Shown here: positions 27,471-34,481 of the stretch, one piece after another
How the letters are laid out: every line of letters starts with the position of its first letter
Numbering within the stretch: the first letter of the stretch is position 1
From: Chlamydiia bacterium
GTDB taxonomy: Bacteria > Chlamydiota > Chlamydiia > Chlamydiales > JBMOFD01
DNA length: 34,481 nt
Assembly: GCA_049314435.1 (NCBI GenBank)
Contig: JBMOFD010000011.1
Span: 1-34,481 of the forward strand
Direction: 5' to 3'
Made by a program: the position numbers and the translations under genes
The notes under the pieces: generated by a model
Database searches by the model: none
Seen by the model: only the letters and a program-made list of their open reading frames with translations
What the model was told of the DNA's origin: nothing

Positions 27471-27527
27471 TAGGAGGTCTGGAGGGTGCAACCCTCCAGC
27501 GGGGCGTGGGGCAGGGCCCCACACCTA
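27471..27527. repeat. Dispersed double-hairpin element, copy D
   Basis: TAGGAGGT-CTGGAGGGT/GCA/ACCCTCCAG-CGGGGC-GTGGGGC/AGG/GCCCCAC-ACCTA, ending in the rpoN stop codon. Confidence 0.85.
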
Positions 27528-28850
27528 CCGCTGACGCCAGCGGCGCTCTCGTTGGGGAGGGATTCCTAGGGAGGCGCGGTATTTGGCGACGGTACGGCGG
27601 GCGATCTGGAAGCCGAGGGCTTGGAGCCTTTGGGCGAGGGCCTCGTCGGAGAGAGGCTGGTCTGGTGGTTCTTCCGTGATGAGACGCTGGAGCTCTTGGA
27701 GCGGGTCGAGTCCGACGCAGTCTCCATGTACGCCTTGGGCTACGAAGAGCGACCGCATGGCGATGAGACCGCGAGGAGCGCCGATCCACTTATTGTGGAC
27801 GGCCCGAGAGAGAGTCGACTCGGAGAGGTTCAGACGTTGCGCCACGGCGGTCATGGTCAACGTTTGGGGGGAGCCTGTGGGGGTGGAGAGATAGGCCTCT
27901 TGGTGAGGGATGATCTCCTCTAGGATGCGCCGCAGAGTGAGACCTCGTTGCTGCAGGGCTCGGGCTAGAAAGGCCCCTGTCTTGTACTGATGACCCAAAT
28001 ACTGCATCGACGAGGAGTCTACCTTGCCGAGCTTCCAGGCCTGGAGATAGTCTGGTTGGGGAACGAGCCTGGGCCAGTATTCGTCGTGGATCTCGATGCG
28101 CCACTGACCACCCTCTAGATGGACCGTGGCATCCGCTAGAACTTGTCCATTGACGGGGACCTCTAACCAAGCGGAGAGCTGCAGCCCGGAGAAGTCCTTT
28201 CTTAGCTGCTCGAGGATCTGGTCTTCTGGAAGCCCACTTTTGCGGCACACCTCTTTCAGCCGTAGGTGCACCAAGTCCTCTCCGCTGGAGAGGAGCAGGC
28301 GGTATCCTACTGACTGCTCTCGGCCCATCCTGCGGAGTTGAATCAATAGATTCTCTCGATGAGAGGGGGCAAACACACCGGCAGGCTCGAGGCTTTGGAG
28401 TCGAGTGAGCAGATGTTGGAGCTGCTCTAAGGGAAGCTGGAAATGAGAGGAGATCTCCTCTAGAGAAGAGGTGAGGATCCCTCTCGAATCTAGATCATCC
28501 ACCAGCCAGAGCGCCACGTCCTTCTCTATAGGAAGTAACTGTAGATCAAAGAGCTGCTTTCTTAAGCGGTCTCTGGGGTCCTCCTCCATTCTGATCTCAG
28601 GGTCTTCAGCAACCATGGCTCGAGATGGCCGAGAGAGCCAGGGGGTCAGATCGGGCTCCTCTACTTCCCACATGGGGTTGCCCATCAGCACTTCACGTAG
28701 ACTAGGAGCCAGTTCGAGGAGTGGGAGTTGCAAGACCTGCAAGGCCTGCTGCATGCTAGGCAGCAACATGAGGTGGGCTGCTAGCTGAGGTTGAAGAGTG
28801 GCGTTCTGCTTGAGTTGCATCGGCTCCTGCGTAGCTAGATGACCAGCCAC
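27525..28850 (-). CDS. rpoN: RNA polymerase sigma-54 factor (start GTG 28850 or ATG 28820)
   Basis: Region I MQQALQVLQLP, LEPAGVFA, SESTLSRA HTH, RpoN box ARRTVAKYR. Confidence 0.96.
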   Translation of the reverse strand: MAGHLATQEPMQLKQNATLQPQLAAHLMLLPSMQQALQVLQLPLLELAPSLREVLMGNPMWEVEEPDLTPWLSRPSRAMVAEDPEIRMEEDPRDRLRKQLFDLQLLPIEKDVALWLVDDLDSRGILTSSLEEISSHFQLPLEQLQHLLTRLQSLEPAGVFAPSHRENLLIQLRRMGREQSVGYRLLLSSGEDLVHLRLKEVCRKSGLPEDQILEQLRKDFSGLQLSAWLEVPVNGQVLADATVHLEGGQWRIEIHDEYWPRLVPQPDYLQAWKLGKVDSSSMQYLGHQYKTGAFLARALQQRGLTLRRILEEIIPHQEAYLSTPTGSPQTLTMTAVAQRLNLSESTLSRAVHNKWIGAPRGLIAMRSLFVAQGVHGDCVGLDPLQELQRLITEEPPDQPLSDEALAQRLQALGFQIARRTVAKYRASLGIPPQRERRWRQR

Positions 28851-28914
28851 TCCCCCCTCATCTTTTGATCATGTGGATTTCAAAATTTGTTTTCCATTCG
28901 CCGTGTAGGAAAGG

Positions 28915-29574
28915 ATGTCCAGTCATGGACATGAGTGGCTTGGCATGTATTTGAATGCACAGGGATTAGGCATCCAACGGAGCGGAGATTGGATTTTTCG
29001 GGGAGTGGACTTTGAGCTGCGGCGAGGGGATCGCTGGATTTTGACGGGGGCGTCGGGCAAGGGCAAGTCGACGCTGCTCCGCTGCTTAGCGGGTCTACTG
29101 GAGCCTACGGAGGGACGCGTAGTGCGGAGTGCCCCGATGCAGTTCGGCTGGATGGCACAAGCGGATCTCCTCTTGCCATGGCGTACCGTGTGGGACAATG
29201 CTTGCTTGGGGATGGAGCTTGGGGATTTACCCTCCTTGAAGAGTGAAGTAGAGCGAGTGCTGGACCGTTTGGGGCTGCTCCGCTACGGGGGCTATTTCCC
29301 TACGCAGTTGAGTCAGGGGATGCGCCAGAGAGTGGCTCTGGCGCGCACGCTCCTACGCAAGGCGCCTTTTTTGCTGTTGGATGAGCCTTGCTCAGCTCTG
29401 GACATGGGGCTCAGGCATCAGGTGTTGGACCTCATCATAGAGTTTCAGGAGAGAGACCAGTTTGGGCTCGTCATGGTGACGCACCATGATGAAGATGCTA
29501 CTTGTATCCAAGCCCGCACGGTGTGTTTAGCCGAGGGATCCCTGCGAGAGGTGTCATGCTGCGGCGTGGGGTGA
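28915..29574 (+). CDS. ABC transporter ATP-binding protein (SsuB/TauB/ThiZ-like)
   Basis: GASGKGKST, LLPWRTV, LSQGMRQR, LLLDEP, VTH. Confidence 0.92.
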   Translation: MSSHGHEWLGMYLNAQGLGIQRSGDWIFRGVDFELRRGDRWILTGASGKGKSTLLRCLAGLLEPTEGRVVRSAPMQFGWMAQADLLLPWRTVWDNACLGMELGDLPSLKSEVERVLDRLGLLRYGGYFPTQLSQGMRQRVALARTLLRKAPFLLLDEPCSALDMGLRHQVLDLIIEFQERDQFGLVMVTHHDEDATCIQARTVCLAEGSLREVSCCGVG

Positions 29575-30329
29575 TCGCCTATCAATGGCTGTCGGGGATC
29601 TTGGGTTTGGGTGGCTTTCTGCTGCTCTGGGCATTCTTCGCGTCCTATTATGATCCATCTGGGTTGATCTTTCCTGGGCCATGGGCGACCTTTGCCGTCT
29701 TCTTTCTGGAGATGAGGATCTGGATCCCATCAGCCTGGAACACCTACTCAATGATGGTGCTCACCCTCGCTGGAAGTTTGGCGCTCTCTTTGCCTATTGT
29801 GTTTGGGATGATGGTGGCCCAACCGATCCGTGCGACGGTCCAGACATGCTTCATCATTTTCCAGTGTCTACCGCTCTTTGTCTTAGCTCCGATTCTCGTG
29901 ATGGTCTTTGGGTGGTCCTCGGCCACGATCCTTTTGCCGAGCGTCTTGATGGTCCTCTATCCACTGACCATGGCTCTATGGAAGGGGGCAGCTTCGGTCC
30001 CGCAGGACTATCTCGATCTATTCACCTCCTGTGAGGCTTCTAGGTGGAGACTCTTCTGGAATCTACAGATGCCCTTTGCAAGCACCCATCTCTTTGCAGG
30101 GATGAGGGTGGCGGTCACCACCTGCGGCATGGCCGTCGTCGCCTGCGAATTTGCTGTGGGGCAAGAGGGGCTGGGCATGCTACTGCAGGAATCCCGCCGC
30201 AATTTCGATCTGGCGATGGCTTTCTGCAGCATCGCCATACTGGGGATGGAAATCGCTAGCCTCTATTTATTGGTCGTTTTCCTAGAATGGTTCCTCCTGC
30301 CTTGGAGGCGTCATGCGCACATGGATTAG
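29556..30329 (+). CDS. ABC transporter permease (SsuC/ThiX-like)
   Basis: Multiple TM segments, PLFVLAP, EAA-like loop, E...GQEGLG. Likely start ATG 29556. Confidence 0.9.
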   Translation: MLRRGVIAYQWLSGILGLGGFLLLWAFFASYYDPSGLIFPGPWATFAVFFLEMRIWIPSAWNTYSMMVLTLAGSLALSLPIVFGMMVAQPIRATVQTCFIIFQCLPLFVLAPILVMVFGWSSATILLPSVLMVLYPLTMALWKGAASVPQDYLDLFTSCEASRWRLFWNLQMPFASTHLFAGMRVAVTTCGMAVVACEFAVGQEGLGMLLQESRRNFDLAMAFCSIAILGMEIASLYLLVVFLEWFLLPWRRHAHMD

Positions 30330-31353
30330 TTTCCTCTTGCTCTTGATGGGCTGCGCGGCTCAAGAGCAGCAGCCTCTGCGACTCCTCCTTGACTGGTGGC
30401 CCAACCCCGATCACGTGCCCATCTATGTCGGGATCAAGAAGGGTTTTTTCCTCGATGAGGATGTAGAGATCGAGGTCTTGAAGACAGCCGACCCGCCGCA
30501 GGCCTTGCTGTTTCTGTTGAGTGGCCGGACGGACATCATCCTCCACAACGCTCCTCACACAGTGTCGGTTCTGGGGCTCTGTCCCGACCTACGACTCTGC
30601 GGGATTCTGATTGATCGACCTCTACGCTCCTTTGTCTTTTTGAAAGATAGTGAGATCCGCGAGCCCTATGACCTCCATCACAAGGTCCTCGGCGGGAATC
30701 CCGAAGGTCTGCTCACAGCCTATGTGCAGGGCGCCATGAAGAAGTGGGGGATTCAGTTCCGGGAGATCCGCAAGATGAGCTGGGATGCTCCAACGGCCCT
30801 TTTGACCGGAGCCGTGGATGTGATCGCGGGGATCTTCTGGAATATTGAGCCAGAGCAGTTGCGTGCAGCCGGTGTGGAGACGCGCTTCTTCCCAATCGAG
30901 ATGTTCGGCGTTCCCACCTATGATGAACTGGTGTTTGTGACTCTGAGAGAGCTCACAGAACAGGATCCTACCTTTGTCGAGCGCTTCAAAAGAGCCCTAC
31001 AACACTCGATTGACTGGTGCCGGGAGAACCCAGAAGAAGCCTTCGAGATCTATGTGCAGGCGCAACCGGGTAAAGGACCGCGAGTCCTTGCCTGGGAGCG
31101 CAAGGCGTGGGAGGTGACCGCGCCGCTCTGTGCCTACCATCAGGTCCCCGTTGAGGAGAAATGGAAGCACTTGCTGGAGTGGATGCAGGCGCAAGATCTG
31201 GTTCGACATCCGACAGACCTCACACCTTTCCTGGGCTTGCCCCCCAACCTCACGACCGAAGAGGCCCGCCTCAAATGCGTGGGCGCTCCTGGATCTTTCT
31301 CAGGAACTCTGCCGGAATCTCCTGTAGAAACCGACTTGGCCTCATCGACCTAA
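30313..31353 (+). CDS. ABC substrate-binding lipoprotein, NMT1/THI5 (ThiY)-like
   Basis: Lipobox LMGC, LDWWPNPDHVPIYVG..KGFF, GVPTYDELV. Confidence 0.85.
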   Translation: MRTWISFLLLLMGCAAQEQQPLRLLLDWWPNPDHVPIYVGIKKGFFLDEDVEIEVLKTADPPQALLFLLSGRTDIILHNAPHTVSVLGLCPDLRLCGILIDRPLRSFVFLKDSEIREPYDLHHKVLGGNPEGLLTAYVQGAMKKWGIQFREIRKMSWDAPTALLTGAVDVIAGIFWNIEPEQLRAAGVETRFFPIEMFGVPTYDELVFVTLRELTEQDPTFVERFKRALQHSIDWCRENPEEAFEIYVQAQPGKGPRVLAWERKAWEVTAPLCAYHQVPVEEKWKHLLEWMQAQDLVRHPTDLTPFLGLPPNLTTEEARLKCVGAPGSFSGTLPESPVETDLASST

Positions 31354-33247
31354 GTCCTCCCCACAGGAATCGGGTGTGGGCCGCGCTTAAAAAGAGATGA
31401 TCACGAGCGCGAGTCACCCCGACATAGCAGAGGCGACGCTCCTCCTCAATCCCATCAGGCGCGTTCTTCGCATTGAGGTGGGGGAAGAGGTCTTCCTCCA
31501 TTCCAATCAGAAAGACCGCTCTGAACTCCAGTCCCTTGCCATTATGCAGAGTCATAAGCTGCACAGAATCGCCATCGGGAGAGGCCTCATCGGCAGATCC
31601 CTTGAGGCTCAGTTCCGTGAGGAACGATTCTAGCTTGTCTTGAGTCCCATCTTCTGTCTCCTCACGCTGCTCATCCCACTCCGAGGCCTTGGCAACCAAT
31701 TCATCCAAGTTCTCTTTGCGCTCGATCGCTGTCTCAGGATCTTCTTTGAGCGTCGTGAGGTAACCACTTCGGAGGATCGTTTCCGCCAGCAGATCCTGTA
31801 GCGAGAGCTCTTTGGCTACCAAGCGGAGGCCATCGATGAGACCCAGATATTCTCGCAAGGCCGTCTTCTGAGGTGAGGTAAGGCGTAGTTCACCCAGATC
31901 TTGTCCCTGCAACCACCCACGCATCGCGACCAAAAGAGGACGCCCCTGGACGGAGGCCAGCGTAGCCATCTTTTGTAAGGAGGTGTCTCCAAGTCCACGT
32001 TTAGGGCATTGGATCGATCGCACAATACTTACAGCGTCGGCATCGCTCTGCACGACGCGCAAGTAGGCCATGATGTCTTTGATCTCGCGCCTCTGATAGA
32101 AGCTCACGCCGCCGACGATCTGATAGGGAATGCGATGACGCAGCAGCACGTCTTCAAAGACACGCGACTGGAAGTTCGTACGATAGAAGATGCAAATCTC
32201 CTTGAGCGTAAGGCCGTGCATCGCCTTCAGCTGACGGATGTGCTTCACCACGAAGTCCGCTTCCATGTGCTCATGATCGGCGATGAAGACGCCAATACGG
32301 TCGCCCTCACCTCGGTCGGACCAGAGCTGCTTATCGAGACGTCGTACGTTGTTCCGAATCAAAGCGTTAGCTGCCTGCAGGATCAGATTGCGACTGCGGT
32401 AGTTCTGCTCGAGGCGAATGACTTTAGAGCCTGGGAAGTCTCGCTCGAAGTTGAGGATGTTGTTCAGGTCGGCACCGCGCCAGCTATAGATCGACTGGTC
32501 GGGATCGCCCACGACAAAGAGGTTGTGGGAGCGGGCCACCAGCATGCGGGCGATCTCATACTGAGAGGTGTTGGTATCCTGGTATTCGTCGATCATCAGG
32601 TAACGCCAACGCGCCTGGTAGTGCTCCAGCACGTTGGGATGCTCACGGAAGAGTCGCGCTGTCAGATAGAGCAGATCGTCGAAGTCCACGGCATTGCAGG
32701 TGCGCAACCGCTCCTGGTAGTCGCGGTAGATCCGTGGATAGAGTGCGGCTTCTTCAGGCTCCGACCCAGTCATCACAATCTCGTCAGGAGAGAGGCAGCT
32801 GTTTTTCGCATTGGAGATGAAGGTCCGCACAGCTCGTGCGTCGACCTCCTTGGAGATCCCTGCCGACTGCATTACCGACTTGAGGAGCTTCTCACGATCA
32901 TCTTCGTCGTAGATCGTGAAGTTGCGCTGATAGCCGAGAGCCGGAATGGACTCCCTCAGAACGCGAGCGCCTAAGCTATGGAACGTGCAGATCAGGACAT
33001 CACTGTCCGTCAGATCGTGGACGCGTTCCGACATCTCTTGTGCAGCCTTATTCGTGAAGGTCACAGCGAGAATCTGGTTGGCAGGGACCCCACACTGCAG
33101 GAGGTGGGCGATCCGCTGCGTCACAATGCGGGTCTTCCCCGAACCAGCACCAGCTAGGACGAGGAGAGGGCCATCACGGTGCAGGACTGCGTCCCGCTGT
33201 GTGGCGTTGAGTTTTGGGTCGATGACAGGTTGCATAGAAGAGTACAC
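31271..33247 (-). CDS. uvrD: UvrD/PcrA helicase (start GTG 33247 or ATG 33235)
   Basis: LAGAGSGKT, TFTNKAA, DEYQD, VGDPDQSIY, LEQNYRS, TLHNGKGLEF, EERRLCYVGVTRA. Confidence 0.97.
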   Translation of the reverse strand: MYSSMQPVIDPKLNATQRDAVLHRDGPLLVLAGAGSGKTRIVTQRIAHLLQCGVPANQILAVTFTNKAAQEMSERVHDLTDSDVLICTFHSLGARVLRESIPALGYQRNFTIYDEDDREKLLKSVMQSAGISKEVDARAVRTFISNAKNSCLSPDEIVMTGSEPEEAALYPRIYRDYQERLRTCNAVDFDDLLYLTARLFREHPNVLEHYQARWRYLMIDEYQDTNTSQYEIARMLVARSHNLFVVGDPDQSIYSWRGADLNNILNFERDFPGSKVIRLEQNYRSRNLILQAANALIRNNVRRLDKQLWSDRGEGDRIGVFIADHEHMEADFVVKHIRQLKAMHGLTLKEICIFYRTNFQSRVFEDVLLRHRIPYQIVGGVSFYQRREIKDIMAYLRVVQSDADAVSIVRSIQCPKRGLGDTSLQKMATLASVQGRPLLVAMRGWLQGQDLGELRLTSPQKTALREYLGLIDGLRLVAKELSLQDLLAETILRSGYLTTLKEDPETAIERKENLDELVAKASEWDEQREETEDGTQDKLESFLTELSLKGSADEASPDGDSVQLMTLHNGKGLEFRAVFLIGMEEDLFPHLNAKNAPDGIEEERRLCYVGVTRARDHLFLSAAHTRFLWGGLRSMRPSRFLQEIPAEFLRKIQERPRI

Positions 33248-33283
33248 GCAACTAGAGTACCAACCATTGAAGGTGAGGGCAAG

Positions 33284-34481
33284 GTGCTCCGTGTCGTATT
33301 CTTAGCCCTGCTCTTCTGGGCAGTGGTGAACGGGTCCGAGATCCGGGTGGGTCTTGAGGTCTTGATCGATCGCCAGCTCGATCGCGACTTCCAGGGCAAA
33401 CGGGTCGCCCTCCTCACCCACGCAGCCGCTGTCGATCGCTCCCTGACTCCCAGTTACGAACTCCTCATGAGTCGGGCCAAGAAGTGGCAACTCGTTTGCC
33501 TCCTTGCGCCCGAGCATGGCCTAGATGGCGCAACCCACGCTGGCGAATCGGTGAAGGACGGCCAGCGCAAAGAGATCCCGATCTATAGTTTGCATGGTCC
33601 TCGTCGACGCCCAACGGAAGCGATGCTGAGCGGTATCGACATCATCCTCGTCGATCTCCAAGACATCGGCTTGCGCTACTACACCTACATCTCGACGCTC
33701 TTCTATTGCATGGAAGAGGCCGCCAAAAAGGGCATCGAAGTGGTGGTCCTCGACCGCCCCAACCCACTCGGCGGCATGCTCGTGGATGGCCCCATGTTGG
33801 AGGAGTCCGTCCGCTCCTTCGTGGGCTATGTCAATGTGCCGATCTGTCACGGCATGACGATCGGTGAGATCGCTCGCTACTTTAAGGGCGAATATCACAT
33901 CGACTGTCCTTTGCGCGTCATCGCGATGGAGGGATGGAAGCGTACCGATCGCTATACCCAGCTCGGCCGTGCTTGGATCCCCCCCTCTCCCAACATCCCC
34001 GAGCCAGACACCCCGATCTTCTGTGCGATGACCGGTCCCATCGGTGAACTAGGTATTCTCAACATCGGCATCGGTTACACGCTCCCCTTTAAGCTCATCG
34101 GAGCTCCCTGGATCGACAGCGCTAGCCTTGCCCAAGCTCTCAATCAGATGCGCCTACCCGGTGTTAAGTTCCGCCCTATCTCCTATCGTCCCTTCTACGG
34201 GAAGTTCAAGGATGAGCTTTGCCACGGCGTCCAGCTGGTCATCACCGACTGGAAGCAGGTGCGCCCGACGCAGGTCTGCTTCGCCCTGCTTGCAGCTCTC
34301 AAAGAACGCTATCCCAAACAGGTGGCTGCGGCCATGACCGCAACAACGGCCGATCGCCGAGCGATGTTCCATAAGGTCCTCGGTACCGAGACGATCTGGC
34401 AACTCCTCCAACAGGATCGCTCTCCCTATAGCAAGATGCTGGCTCTCCATAAGCCCCAGCGCCAGGACTTCTACCAAAAGC
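33284..34481 (+). CDS. DUF1343/YbbC (NamZ-like exo-beta-N-acetylmuramidase) with signal peptide; runs off the window
   Basis: Not in the ORF track. Manual translation from GTG 33284: MLRVVFLALLFWAVVNGSEIRVGLEVL...LLAPEHG...IYSLHG...DLQDIGLRYYTYIST...VLDRPNPLGG...HGMTIGE...WIPPSPNIP. Confidence 0.9.
   Translation, partial: MLRVVFLALLFWAVVNGSEIRVGLEVLIDRQLDRDFQGKRVALLTHAAAVDRSLTPSYELLMSRAKKWQLVCLLAPEHGLDGATHAGESVKDGQRKEIPIYSLHGPRRRPTEAMLSGIDIILVDLQDIGLRYYTYISTLFYCMEEAAKKGIEVVVLDRPNPLGGMLVDGPMLEESVRSFVGYVNVPICHGMTIGEIARYFKGEYHIDCPLRVIAMEGWKRTDRYTQLGRAWIPPSPNIPEPDTPIFCAMTGPIGELGILNIGIGYTLPFKLIGAPWIDSASLAQALNQMRLPGVKFRPISYRPFYGKFKDELCHGVQLVITDWKQVRPTQVCFALLAALKERYPKQVAAAMTATTADRRAMFHKVLGTETIWQLLQQDRSPYSKMLALHKPQRQDFYQK

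Noticed and set aside
6753..27527. CRISPR repeats or integron attC sites
   Set aside because: Copies are isolated and kilobases apart, with no spacers, cas genes, integrase or RYYYAAC/GTTRRRY ends.
28851..28914. TPP riboswitch before the ABC operon
   Set aside because: The spacer is too short and lacks the CTGAGA and other TPP core motifs.
32009..32974. Long antisense ORF (321 aa) and other antisense or nested ORFs in hemB, trpS, topA and the DUF1343 gene
   Set aside because: Shadow ORFs of well-supported genes in GC-rich DNA, with no recognisable motifs.

Overview
This is a chromosomal window from a member of the Chlamydiae, probably an environmental lineage, and it looks GC-rich for the phylum. 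The assignment rests on a long LepB, a double-length ThyX divergent from hemB, trpS-uvrB, a TopA-SWIB fusion and a uvrD-rpoN-HExxH-topA block. Housekeeping genes alternate with lineage-specific inserts: (i) a LuxR-type regulator with AHL-receptor-like residues next to tRNA-Pro; (ii) a divergent cassette with a Pro-rich/SNARE-like protein, a T3S-chaperone-like protein and a kinase with a WNK-like displaced lysine; (iii) a tandem array of three atypical kinase-fold genes with a gene-conversion-like tract, plus a hidden fourth N-terminal-only copy that keeps a promoter-like motif and RBS; (iv) a 599-aa candidate effector with an exact RALPPLP SH3 ligand; (v) two paralogous small 6-Cys secreted proteins; (vi) an AAA-PD-(D/E)XK gene and a ThiXYZ-like ABC importer. 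Four co-oriented ~55-bp double-hairpin elements with compensatory stem changes and frequent GNA triloops are dispersed in intergenic regions. No CRISPR array, integrase, transposase or reverse transcriptase was recognised. All calls come from manual motif reading; no database searches were run.
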